Notes under the pieces: model-generated
What the model was told of the DNA's origin: nothing
The model's input: only the letters and a program-made list of their open reading frames with translations
The model's database searches: none
Made by a program: the position numbers and the translations under genes
In this document: in pieces, positions 1 to 8,080 of the stretch
How the letters are laid out: each line of letters opens with the position of its first letter
How positions within the stretch are numbered: position 1 is the stretch's first letter
IMG/VR virus record: IMGVR_UViG_3300007597_000002
Reading direction: 5' to 3' (one strand)
DNA length: 20,000 nucleotides
Source: an uncultured virus (IMG/VR IMGVR_UViG_3300007597_000002)
Taxonomy: Duplodnaviria; Heunggongvirae; Uroviricota; Caudoviricetes

Positions 1-1
1 G

Positions 2-79
2 ATTTTAGAGACGATAAATACAAATACCTTCACAGGTATTGAAGCGAGTCTTAAATTTAGTACATGGAAAAAAATATGA
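2..79 (+). CDS. 3' end of upstream gene, probably T4-like DNA primase (gp61) C-terminus (partial)
   Basis: Frame 2 reads ILETINTNTFTGIEASLKFSTWKKI-stop (TGA 77-79). This resembles the NT..G..A.L....WKK C-terminus of T4-like primases. The stop overlaps an ATG at 76 (ATGA). Confidence 0.6.
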   Translation: MLETINTNTFTGIEASLKFSTWKKI

Positions 80-744
80 ATGTTAGAATGATTAGTTATA
101 GTAAACCCTCTCGAGAGATGTATGATGAGGGTTTGTTAGATGTACAGGAGTTGGTTGCGTTCTGTGCACGTGTGAGCAATCCAAGTAACCAATTCAACAC
201 AGAGACATCAGAGAAGTTAATTAAGTATTTAATTAAACATCAACACTGGTCACCACTAGAGATGGTTAGTGCATGTTTAGAAATTGAAACTACTCGTGAT
301 ATAGCAAGACAAATGCTACGTCATCGATCTTTCTCTTTCCAAGAATTTAGCCAACGATATGCAGATCCAACCAAAGACTTATCTTTCGTTCTTAGAGAAG
401 CCCGACTCCAAGATACGAAGAATCGTCAAAATAGCGTTGAGAATAATAATCTAGCATTGGCTGCATGGTGGGAAGAAAGGCAGAAGCGAGTTATTGAAGA
501 AGCAAGAAATGCTTATGACTGGGCAATTACCAACGGTATTGCCAAAGAACAAGCAAGAGCAGTACTACCAGAAGGACTGACTGTTTCTCGTTTGTACATG
601 AATGGTACGTTGCGTAGCTGGATTCATTTTATCGAACTCCGATCTGCAAATGGTACACAAAAAGAACACCAAGAAGTCGCACGTGAGTGCGCAAAGGTAA
701 TTGCTGAGGTATTTCCTCTAGCAAATGAATTAGTAAAACTATAA
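76..744 (+). CDS. thyX: FAD-dependent thymidylate synthase ThyX
   Basis: ThyX signature RHRSFSFQEFSQRY, plus HWSPLE, EQARAVLP and LRSWIHFIELR...QKEH. Start at 76 (MNVRMISYS) is preferred over 64 because of the ATGA overlap with the upstream stop. Confidence 0.96.
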   Translation: MNVRMISYSKPSREMYDEGLLDVQELVAFCARVSNPSNQFNTETSEKLIKYLIKHQHWSPLEMVSACLEIETTRDIARQMLRHRSFSFQEFSQRYADPTKDLSFVLREARLQDTKNRQNSVENNNLALAAWWEERQKRVIEEARNAYDWAITNGIAKEQARAVLPEGLTVSRLYMNGTLRSWIHFIELRSANGTQKEHQEVARECAKVIAEVFPLANELVKL

Positions 745-762
745 AGAATAACAGGGCAAGAT

Positions 763-2556
763 ATGGAAATTGTGCATGGCATAAAGGTTGACTACAACCG
801 AGATAGTTTGTTTGACGAGTTGGGTAGAATTAGATTAAAAGAAAGTTACATGAAGGATGATGAGGTAAGTCCACAAGAGAGATTTGCTTTTGTCAGTAAA
901 ACATTTGGGAGCAATGAAGAACATGCGCAGAGATTATACGACTACAGTAGCAATCATTGGCTCAGTTATTCTACTCCCATTCTTTCTTTTGGTCGCAGTA
1001 AGCGTGGTCTGCCTATATCATGTTTCCTTAATTATATTGAAGATACAGCGGAGGGTCTAGTTGATAATCTATCTGAAACAAATTGGCTTAGTATGTTGGG
1101 CGGTGGTGTTGGGATTGGCTTTGGTATTCGTTCGGCTGACGATAAAAGTACTGGCGTTATGCCTCACCTCAAAATGTATGACGCATCTAGTTTGGCATAC
1201 CGTCAGGGTCGCACCCGTCGTGGCAGTTATGCTGCTTACTTATCTATTGACCATCCAGATATCATCAGTTTTTTAGAGATGCGCAAGCCTACAGGCGACC
1301 AAAACATGCGTACTCTAAACATGCACCATGGGATTAATATCCCAGATGCATTCATGGAAATCGTTGAAAAGTCAATGCTTGATTCTGATTTTGATGATTC
1401 TTGGAAATTGGTTGATCCAGCGTCAAATGAAGTTCGTGAAACAGTTTCTGCAAAAGAACTTTGGCAACGCATTCTTGAAATGCGTATGATGACTGGTGAA
1501 CCATATCTACACTTCATTGATGAGTCTAATCGTAAGATGCCTCAACACTTGAAAGATCTTGGATTAAAAATCAACCAGTCCAATCTCTGTTCGGAAATTA
1601 TTCTTCCAACTAATGAGAAGCGAACAGCTGTTTGTTGTTTGTCATCATTGAATTTGGAATACTATGATGAATGGAAAGATCATCCTTTATTCTTAAAAGA
1701 TGTAGCTGAGATGCTTGATAATGTTCTTCAATATTTTATTGACCATGCACCATCTTCTATTAAACGTGCTAAGTATTCTGCACAGCGTGAACGCAGCATT
1801 GGTATTGGTGCATTAGGTTGGCATGCTTATCTTCAAAAGAATAATTTGCCATGGGAATCTCCGATGTCTGTTGGTAGAAACAAACAGATTTTCAAAACAA
1901 TTAGGGAGAAATTAAATGAAGCGAATATTGAATTGGGTAAAGAGCGTGGAGAAGCACCAGATTGTGTGGGCACTGGATATAGGTTTAGTCATCTTATGGC
2001 TATTGCTCCCAATGCTTCTTCTTCCATTCTTATGGGGAATACTAGTCCTAGCATTGAACCTTATCGTGCCAATGCGTATCGACAAGATACTCTCTCAGGT
2101 TCTCACTTAAACAAGAATCGTTACCTTGATGTGGTTATTCAGAATGAATCAAAAACTCATAAAGAAGGTTGGGCAGACGAAGTATGGTCTAGTATCATTG
2201 CGAATGATGGTTCAGTTCAGCACCTCGATTGGATGGAAGACTGGACAAAAGATGTTTTCAAGACTTCTATGGAAATCGACCAGCGTTGGGTCGTTCAACA
2301 TGCGTCCGACAGACAAGAATATATTGACCAAGCACAATCGTTGAATGTGTTCTTTAGACCAGACAGTCATATCAAATACATCCATGCTGTGCATTTCCAA
2401 GCATGGAAACAAGGATTAAAGACTATGTACTACTGTCGCAGTGATAAGATCGCCAAAGCAGATAAAGTATCTAAGCGTATCGAACGTGAGGTTATCAAAG
2501 AGATTGATCTTCATGCACTAACAGAAGGTAATGATTGTCTGGCATGTGAGGGTTAA
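763..2556 (+). CDS. nrdA: Ribonucleotide reductase class I alpha subunit (short form, no N-terminal ATP-cone)
   Basis: PISCF, GGGVG, QGRTRRGS, SNLCSEI (thiyl-radical Cys), AVCCLSS, AIAPNASSS, KTMYY (radical-transfer tyrosines) and C-terminal CLACEG redox pair. Confidence 0.97.
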   Translation: MEIVHGIKVDYNRDSLFDELGRIRLKESYMKDDEVSPQERFAFVSKTFGSNEEHAQRLYDYSSNHWLSYSTPILSFGRSKRGLPISCFLNYIEDTAEGLVDNLSETNWLSMLGGGVGIGFGIRSADDKSTGVMPHLKMYDASSLAYRQGRTRRGSYAAYLSIDHPDIISFLEMRKPTGDQNMRTLNMHHGINIPDAFMEIVEKSMLDSDFDDSWKLVDPASNEVRETVSAKELWQRILEMRMMTGEPYLHFIDESNRKMPQHLKDLGLKINQSNLCSEIILPTNEKRTAVCCLSSLNLEYYDEWKDHPLFLKDVAEMLDNVLQYFIDHAPSSIKRAKYSAQRERSIGIGALGWHAYLQKNNLPWESPMSVGRNKQIFKTIREKLNEANIELGKERGEAPDCVGTGYRFSHLMAIAPNASSSILMGNTSPSIEPYRANAYRQDTLSGSHLNKNRYLDVVIQNESKTHKEGWADEVWSSIIANDGSVQHLDWMEDWTKDVFKTSMEIDQRWVVQHASDRQEYIDQAQSLNVFFRPDSHIKYIHAVHFQAWKQGLKTMYYCRSDKIAKADKVSKRIEREVIKEIDLHALTEGNDCLACEG

Positions 2557-2558
2557 TA

Positions 2559-3098
2559 ATGTTAGAAGGTATAAATCAGTGGGACTCTTTCTTCACAAAA
2601 GAAGAATATGATAATGTTGACAAAGAACTATTAAATCATGAGTGGGTTTTTGGTGCCAGTCCCAATAATAATTTACTTGAAGGTAATAAGGTAAGACAAT
2701 TCTGGTATAAAGACTTGATGGAGTCTGAATATATTAAAGAGTTGTTTAGATTCAGAACAGAAGATTATCTAAATGCAAAAGTAGAGACAATGCGTCTCTA
2801 CGCAAATGGACAATCACATGGAATGGCAGGACATATACATGAGGATGTTCCACCAGATGAACCTGGAATTTGTGGTAGTATAGTATATTTCTTTCAGGCT
2901 GACTGGAAACCAGAATATGGTGGGCATTTAATCTTCTTGTCACCAGAAGATCCAAACAGAGTGATGTTGTCAGTATTCCCGAGATCAAACTCCGCAGTTA
3001 TATTCAACTCAAAGTTATCTCACATGGCATTCGATCCATCAGTATACTGTACAAATCAAAGAATAAGCATAGCATATAAATTTAGGGTAAAAGAATGA
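2559..3098 (+). CDS. 2OG-Fe(II) oxygenase (prolyl-hydroxylase-like)
   Basis: HxD (HIHED), W...YGGHLIF, P..NSAVIFNSKLSH and terminal R-I-S-I (2OG-binding Arg). Confidence 0.85.
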   Translation: MLEGINQWDSFFTKEEYDNVDKELLNHEWVFGASPNNNLLEGNKVRQFWYKDLMESEYIKELFRFRTEDYLNAKVETMRLYANGQSHGMAGHIHEDVPPDEPGICGSIVYFFQADWKPEYGGHLIFLSPEDPNRVMLSVFPRSNSAVIFNSKLSHMAFDPSVYCTNQRISIAYKFRVKE

Positions 3099-4087
3099 TA
3101 GCAAAAACAAAATCAAATCTAACAGATCAACGAACATATTTCAAACCATTTAATTATCCATGGGCTTATGACGCATGGTTAAAACATGAACAAAGTCATT
3201 GGCTTCATACAGAAGTTCCAATGGCTGAAGACGTTAAAGATTGGAAGAAAAAACTAACTAATGAAGAAAAACACTTCCTCACAAATATCTTTCGATTCTT
3301 TACACAGGGTGATATCGACGTGGCTGGTGGCTATGTTAACAATTATCTACCTTACTTCCCTCAGCCTGAGATTCGTATGATGCTTATGGGGTTTGCTGCA
3401 CGTGAAGCACTTCACATTGCTGCTTACTCACATCTGATTGAAACTCTCGGCATGCCTGAATCCACTTACAATGAATTTCTTGAATATCAAGAGATGCGTG
3501 ACAAGCATGATTACGTTACAGAATTAAGTTCCAAGAATGGAACACTCTCTTCAACTGCAACCCACATTGCCGTGTTCAGTGCTTTCACTGAAGGGATGCA
3601 GTTGTTCTCTTCGTTCATCATGCTTCTTAACTTTCCTCGTCATGGTATGATGAAGGGAATGGGACAAATCGTTACTTGGTCTATCGTTGATGAAACAATG
3701 CACTCCGAGAATATGATTCGTCTGTTCAAAGAGTTTATTAAAGAAAATAATGAAATCTGGAATGATGAACTAAAAGGAAAGATTTATACCATTGCTGAGA
3801 AGATGGTTGAACTTGAAGATAAATTCATCGATCTCTGTTATGCCAATGGTGATATGCGTGAACTTTCTGCAGCTGATGTCAAACAATATATTCGTTATAT
3901 TGCTGATCGTAGATTGATCAGTCTCGGCATGAAAGGTATCTACAAAGTCAAACGCAATCCATTACCATGGGTTGAAGAAATGATCAATGCGCCAGTGCAT
4001 GGTAACTTCTTTGAGAATCGTGTGACAGATTATGCTAAAGGTGCTTTGTCTGGTAGCTGGAATGATGTATGGGGGAAAGCAGCATGA
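3095..4087 (+). CDS. nrdB: Ribonucleotide reductase class Ia beta subunit
   Basis: KPFNYPWA, FFTQGDIDV, EALHIAAYSHL (Fe ligands plus radical Tyr), FTEGMQLFSSF, DETMH and NFFENRVTDY. Confidence 0.97.
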   Translation: MIAKTKSNLTDQRTYFKPFNYPWAYDAWLKHEQSHWLHTEVPMAEDVKDWKKKLTNEEKHFLTNIFRFFTQGDIDVAGGYVNNYLPYFPQPEIRMMLMGFAAREALHIAAYSHLIETLGMPESTYNEFLEYQEMRDKHDYVTELSSKNGTLSSTATHIAVFSAFTEGMQLFSSFIMLLNFPRHGMMKGMGQIVTWSIVDETMHSENMIRLFKEFIKENNEIWNDELKGKIYTIAEKMVELEDKFIDLCYANGDMRELSAADVKQYIRYIADRRLISLGMKGIYKVKRNPLPWVEEMINAPVHGNFFENRVTDYAKGALSGSWNDVWGKAA

Positions 4088-4233
4088 TAGTAAAACAATT
4101 TAATTGCAATCATTGCGATGCAGAAGGAAAGATAACAATAAAGGGTGATGACTTTAATTTCGAAGATATCGTTCATTGCCCACTATGTGGTTCTGACATT
4201 TATGAAGAAGAAGGGTTAGACGAGGATGAATAA
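4084..4233 (+). CDS. Small zinc-ribbon/rubredoxin-like protein, 49 aa (not in ORF track)
   Basis: ATG overlaps the nrdB stop (ATGA). Translation: MIVKQFNCNHCDAEGKITIKGDDFNFEDIVHCPLCGSDIYEEEGLDEDE, with two CxxC knuckles and an acidic tail. It fills the intergenic gap. Confidence 0.85.
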   Translation: MIVKQFNCNHCDAEGKITIKGDDFNFEDIVHCPLCGSDIYEEEGLDEDE

Positions 4234-4236
4234 ATA
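4229..4236 (+). promoter_or_regulatory. Possible T4-type late promoter (AATAAATA)
   Basis: 7/8 match to the T4 gp55 late consensus TATAAATA, at a gene junction. TAAATA also arises often by chance in AT-rich DNA. Confidence 0.35.
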
Positions 4237-4242
4237 TGTCTT

Positions 4243-4665
4243 ATGTGGACATATCAAAATATCATTGTTGAAGAATTACCCGAATGTGTTGGCTTTGTTT
4301 ATTTAATTACGAACAAAGCCAACAGTCGTATGTATGTGGGGAAGAAACTATCAAAGTTTTCTAAAACATCCTACAAAATGGTCACATTAAAAAATGGGAC
4401 TAAGAAACGAAAGAAAATCAAATCTAAGATAGATTCTGATTGGTTAGATTATTATGGTTCCAGCGAAGAACTAAATAAAGATATACAGTCTCTGGGTAAG
4501 GAATCCTTTACTCGAGAGATTTTATTCTTTTGTAAATCAAAGGCTGAGTGTTCTTATATCGAGGCACGAGAGCAATTTGCAAGGAAAGTACTAGAGTCCG
4601 ATGCATACTATAATGGACAGATATCTGTTCGAGTGCATGGATCTCATATAAAAAATAAACTATGA
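4243..4665 (+). CDS. GIY-YIG superfamily nuclease (stand-alone catalytic domain)
   Basis: GFVYLITN...MYVGKK (GIY-YIG variant), DWLDYYGSS, conserved E (YIEARE) and YYN. Confidence 0.75.
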   Translation: MWTYQNIIVEELPECVGFVYLITNKANSRMYVGKKLSKFSKTSYKMVTLKNGTKKRKKIKSKIDSDWLDYYGSSEELNKDIQSLGKESFTREILFFCKSKAECSYIEAREQFARKVLESDAYYNGQISVRVHGSHIKNKL

Positions 4666-5813
4666 CATATCTACTATTCGCAGTAGCATTATCCCTTTCA
4701 GCTGTTGCAGCATGGTACGCCATTGCTGGACTTTGCGCAATTTTTGCTGCAGCAGTGATACCGATTGCCATTATGGGTTCTCTGTTAGAAGCAGCAAAAC
4801 TTGTAGTTGCATCATGGCTTTATAGAAACTGGAATGAAATTCCAAAACTTATGAAGTCATATTTCACAGTATCATTAGTAATTTTGATGTTGTTAACTTC
4901 TATGGGTATCTTTGGTTTCTTATCAAAAGCCCACTTAGATCAAGCAATACCAACAGGTGATGTTCAATCAAAGTTAGCTCTCATAGATGAAAAGATAAAA
5001 ACCGAAAAGGAGAATATCAATGCAAGCCGTAAAGAACTTACTCAACTCGATGCTCAAGTGGATCAAACCCTCAGCAGAACAACCGAAGCCAGTGGAGCCG
5101 ATCGTTCCATCTCCATCCGCAGAGGACAGCAAAAAGACAGAGCCAGAATCCTTACCGAAATCGGTGCAGCGCAAACCAAGATCGCCAAGTACAACGAAGA
5201 ACGTGCCCCGATCGCCAGCGAAGTCCGTAAAGTCGAAGCCGAAGTCGGTCCAATAAAATACATTGCTGCAGTATTGTATGGTGATAATCCAGAAACAGAC
5301 ATATTAGAAAAAGCTGTTCGTTTCGTTACAATGCTTATCGTAGTAGTGTTTGATCCACTGGCTGTACTATTATTGATAGCAGCAAACTGGAATCTTTCAC
5401 GTAGTAATAAAAAAGAAATAATTGATGCTGGAACTTTACCTGCTGAAGAACCACCAAAAGATCATATTTTAAATATAGAAGATAATATCGAGTCTGAAGA
5501 TAAAGTTACACCTATTCAGACCGATACTATAACAGAAGAAGATCTTGCTGTAACAGAACAGACTCATACGAAAGATTGGGAGCCAGAGTTATTTAATACT
5601 CTCCCGAATACCTACGTGACTCCTAAAGCAAATCACTTTATGACAAGCGTAAGAGAATTTCTTAAACCGAACAGAGATACTGCTCCAGGAGTTTCAGTTA
5701 AGACTATTGAGTATGATTCTGCAGGAAGAAGGATTACTCCTACAACTGAAGAAGAACGAGCTAAAACTATAGAAAAAGAAGTGGAAGATTTGCAAGACAA
5801 AAAACCTAAATAG
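4662..5813 (+). CDS. Multi-pass membrane protein with central coiled coil and acidic disordered C-terminus
   Basis: Three or four N-terminal hydrophobic segments, a heptad-rich region (residues ~100-195), a further TM (FVTMLIVVVFDPLAVLLLIAA) and an E/T/P-rich tail. ATGA overlap with the upstream gene. Confidence 0.85.
   Translation: MTYLLFAVALSLSAVAAWYAIAGLCAIFAAAVIPIAIMGSLLEAAKLVVASWLYRNWNEIPKLMKSYFTVSLVILMLLTSMGIFGFLSKAHLDQAIPTGDVQSKLALIDEKIKTEKENINASRKELTQLDAQVDQTLSRTTEASGADRSISIRRGQQKDRARILTEIGAAQTKIAKYNEERAPIASEVRKVEAEVGPIKYIAAVLYGDNPETDILEKAVRFVTMLIVVVFDPLAVLLLIAANWNLSRSNKKEIIDAGTLPAEEPPKDHILNIEDNIESEDKVTPIQTDTITEEDLAVTEQTHTKDWEPELFNTLPNTYVTPKANHFMTSVREFLKPNRDTAPGVSVKTIEYDSAGRRITPTTEEERAKTIEKEVEDLQDKKPK
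5020..5256 (+). CDS. Probable overprinted (+1 frame) gene: 78-aa basic Pro/Ser/Lys-rich protein with N-terminal amphipathic helix
   Basis: AAGGAG RBS at 5007-5012, 7 nt before ATG 5020. Host-frame codons shift to C-ending (GCC/ATC/ACC/GTC/TCC) across this interval and revert after the TAA at 5254-5256. Confidence 0.65.
   Translation: MQAVKNLLNSMLKWIKPSAEQPKPVEPIVPSPSAEDSKKTEPESLPKSVQRKPRSPSTTKNVPRSPAKSVKSKPKSVQ
5805..5812 (+). promoter_or_regulatory. Possible T4-type late promoter (CCTAAATA)
   Basis: TAAATA core at the end of the upstream gene, ~30 nt before ATG 5844. Confidence 0.35.
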
Positions 5814-5843
5814 ATCATAAGAATAACTATATGGGTTTAGCAA

Positions 5844-6401
5844 ATGGCAGAAATCAAAGTAGAAGCAAAACCTCTTTCTCGTTCTGAGAAAGAAGCACAA
5901 ATCAAAGACAAAGCGGGGATGGTAATCTGCATTTTAGCAGCATTACTAGCCATCAACACACTTGTTGGTGGATCAAACTCAAGCAAAATCCTAAACAACA
6001 CAATCGAAGCCAACAACACTTGGGCATTTTATCAAGCAAAGTCTATTAAGCAGACTTTAGCAGAAATGGCATATGACGATGCAGTTCGTGCCAATGATAA
6101 GAAAAAGTCAGAAGTACTAAAAAGCAAAATTGACAGATATGAAACCGATCCAAAAACTGGAGAGGGTAAAGTTGAATTGATGGCAAAGGCTAGAGGATTA
6201 GAAGCTGAACGATCAGTAGCTAAACAGCGCAGTCCTTTCTATACTTACGCAGGCAGTTTACTACAAATAGCAATTGTTTTATTGACAGCTAGTATTCTAG
6301 CAGTTAATCAAAATATGTTTAAAGCCAGTGTTGCAGTCGGAGCACTTGGAGCCTTTATTATGTCTCAGGCAGTTTGGTTATGGATTCCATTGATGATTTA
6401 A
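5844..6401 (+). CDS. DUF4337-like membrane protein
   Basis: TM (ICILAALLAI), NNTWAFYQAKSIKQ motif recalled from DUF4337, helical linker, then LLQIAIVLLTASIL and a final TM. Confidence 0.75.
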   Translation: MAEIKVEAKPLSRSEKEAQIKDKAGMVICILAALLAINTLVGGSNSSKILNNTIEANNTWAFYQAKSIKQTLAEMAYDDAVRANDKKKSEVLKSKIDRYETDPKTGEGKVELMAKARGLEAERSVAKQRSPFYTYAGSLLQIAIVLLTASILAVNQNMFKASVAVGALGAFIMSQAVWLWIPLMI

Positions 6402-6419
6402 CATAATCAGGAGAATGTT

Positions 6420-7034
6420 GTGGATCCGATTACTATTGGGTTGGCTTTTACTGCAGCCCAATCAGCAGTTGGTTACATCAAGCAAGCCATTGCATTGGGT
6501 AAGGACATAAACAGTCTATCAGGACAGTTTAGTAAGTTCTTCGAATCTTCAGATGCTATACATCGTGAACGAGCAAAGGTAAAAGCAAAGGCTAGTCGAC
6601 TCGGCAAGACTGATGCTGAGTTGGGTCATGAAGCCTTGCAAATCGCTATGCATAGCGATGCTCTACGTCAAGCAGAGCGTGATCTTAAAGATATGATTCT
6701 TTGGCAATTGGGTAAGCCTGAACTGTGGGAACACATGATCAAGGAACGTACTAGATTGTTCAAGGAACGTGCAGAAGCAGAGCGTGAAGAAGCTGAGCGT
6801 GTATTAGCCCACAAAAAGAAAATGGCTGATATGTTTATTTTTGGCATGTATTTTCTAGCGGTATCTGCTATTGTATTTGCATTTATTATGGGTGGTGTTG
6901 GTATTTATGCTCAAGCAGAAGAAAAAAGAATTTATGAACAAAAGCTGGCACAAAGAAATCTAGTTCTGCGCCAGCAACAAAAAGAACGTGAAGCACGTGA
7001 AAAGAAAGAACGTGAAGATTATGCTAAAAATTAA
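6420..7034 (+). CDS. Helical protein with C-terminal TM ('MDP' paralog 1)
   Basis: GTG start after an AGGAG RBS. N-terminus MDPITIGLAFTAAQSAVGYIK, coiled coil, TM (MFIFGMYFLAVSAIVFAFIMGGVGIYA) and charged tail. Confidence 0.85.
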   Translation: MDPITIGLAFTAAQSAVGYIKQAIALGKDINSLSGQFSKFFESSDAIHRERAKVKAKASRLGKTDAELGHEALQIAMHSDALRQAERDLKDMILWQLGKPELWEHMIKERTRLFKERAEAEREEAERVLAHKKKMADMFIFGMYFLAVSAIVFAFIMGGVGIYAQAEEKRIYEQKLAQRNLVLRQQQKEREAREKKEREDYAKN

Positions 7035-7046
7035 AGGATATGAAGT

Positions 7047-7160
7047 ATGCACTTCAACATAATTATTACAACGAACGATTTAATATTCCTTTTATCTACG
7101 ATACCCTTATTGATGGTTTTTACTGTAATGTTTAAAGACTGGCTTAAAGATCGGAAATAG
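7047..7160 (+). CDS. 37-aa single-TM peptide (not in ORF track)
   Basis: MHFNIIITTNDLIFLLSTIPLLMVFTVMFKDWLKDRK. AAGGA lies upstream and the ORF fills the gap between genes. Confidence 0.6.
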   Translation: MHFNIIITTNDLIFLLSTIPLLMVFTVMFKDWLKDRK

Positions 7161-7166
7161 AGTAAG

Positions 7167-7307
7167 ATGTATGAATGGATCTTAGCGTTAGCACTTGCGC
7201 AAGAACCTGTTAAAAAATGGCCAGAATGGGAATGTGTGCGATGGACATGGACTGGTGATGTTTATGAACGTCGTGTAGTTTGTTTAGAGTGGAGAAGGAG
7301 GAAATAG
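7167..7307 (+). CDS. 46-aa Trp-rich peptide with Cys pair (not in ORF track)
   Basis: MYEWILALALAQEPVKKWPEWECVRWTWTGDVYERRVVCLEWRRRK. The stop TAG abuts the next ATG at 7308. Confidence 0.7.
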   Translation: MYEWILALALAQEPVKKWPEWECVRWTWTGDVYERRVVCLEWRRRK

Positions 7308-8078
7308 ATGGATCCTCTAACACTCTTTGCACTGGCCAATGGAGCAGTTTCTGCGATCAAGGCTGGGTGTAAATTATACAAAGATATCAAAGGTGCAGCT
7401 GGAGATATAAAGGATGTGCTCAAAGATCTGGATGAGCAGTTTCATGGTAACTATGCAGCAAAGGGAAAGAAACCACCACCCGAAGCAATTAAACAGTTTA
7501 ATGAAGAAAAATCTAGAATAAAAGATTTAAACAAGAAAGACACTGGTGACATTTATTTTGAACTTGGTCAACATCTTGGTGCTTTCTTTGACAACCAAGC
7601 AAAGTGTATAGCAGTATTTGAGGCAGAAGAAAAACGATCATATGATTTATATACAGGTGATGATTCTCTAGGAAATCGTGCTCTTCAAAGAGTTTTGATG
7701 AAAAAGAAACTTGAGCAGATGGAAGTTGAGTTGCGTGAGATAATGATTTATCAAAGCCCACCTGAATTGGGTGCATTATGGACTGAGGTGTTACAACAAT
7801 CTAAGGTATTAAATGCAAGACAGTCTGCGGCACTCAAGCGTCATATTCAGATGCAAATGCAGCATGATAGAGAACATGCAGAATTGATGAGAAAGATAAA
7901 AACATTTTTTAAATGGTTTGCTATTTTTATGGGTGTGATTTTTCTTACAATGTCTGTAATGTGGTTTGTGGTACAAGACAGGATACAAAAGTATCCACAG
8001 TTGGGGACTGATTGGGTTCCTAAAACTGATCAACAAAGAAGACAAGAAGCCATGCCCAAACAATATATTGGACGCTAA
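7308..8078 (+). CDS. Helical protein with C-terminal TM ('MDP' paralog 2)
   Basis: GGAGG RBS. N-terminus MDPLTLFALANGAVSAIK, ELREIMIYQSPPELGALW segment and TM (FFKWFAIFMGVIFLTMSVMWFVV). Confidence 0.85.
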   Translation: MDPLTLFALANGAVSAIKAGCKLYKDIKGAAGDIKDVLKDLDEQFHGNYAAKGKKPPPEAIKQFNEEKSRIKDLNKKDTGDIYFELGQHLGAFFDNQAKCIAVFEAEEKRSYDLYTGDDSLGNRALQRVLMKKKLEQMEVELREIMIYQSPPELGALWTEVLQQSKVLNARQSAALKRHIQMQMQHDREHAELMRKIKTFFKWFAIFMGVIFLTMSVMWFVVQDRIQKYPQLGTDWVPKTDQQRRQEAMPKQYIGR

Positions 8079-8080
8079 AT

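Noticed and set aside
13..20. GATAAATA late-promoter-like motif
   Set aside because: It lies inside the upstream (primase-like) coding frame, and TAAATA is expected many times by chance in this AT-rich window.
1061..2412. Alternative-frame and antisense ORFs within nrdA (1061, 1236, 1916, 2126, 2212)
   Set aside because: No convincing RBS, no codon-usage shift and no protein-like features. They are shadow ORFs, unlike 5020-5256.
763..4087. Intron or intein in nrdA/nrdB, common in T4-like phages
   Set aside because: Both ORFs are continuous and of compact length, with all motifs in order.
4243..4665. GIY-YIG gene as a mobile homing endonuclease
   Set aside because: It is only 140 aa, with no C-terminal DNA-binding (NUMOD/HTH) modules and no intron context. 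Mobility is unsupported.
5020..5256. Nested ORF as a canonical Rz1 o-spanin
   Set aside because: It has no Cys, lipobox or hydrophobic signal peptide. Kept as an overprinted gene of unknown function.
4974..5302. Minus-strand ORFs 4974-5174 and 5063-5302
   Set aside because: These are by-products of the local stop-poor composition. They have no clear RBS and oppose the strand of every other gene.
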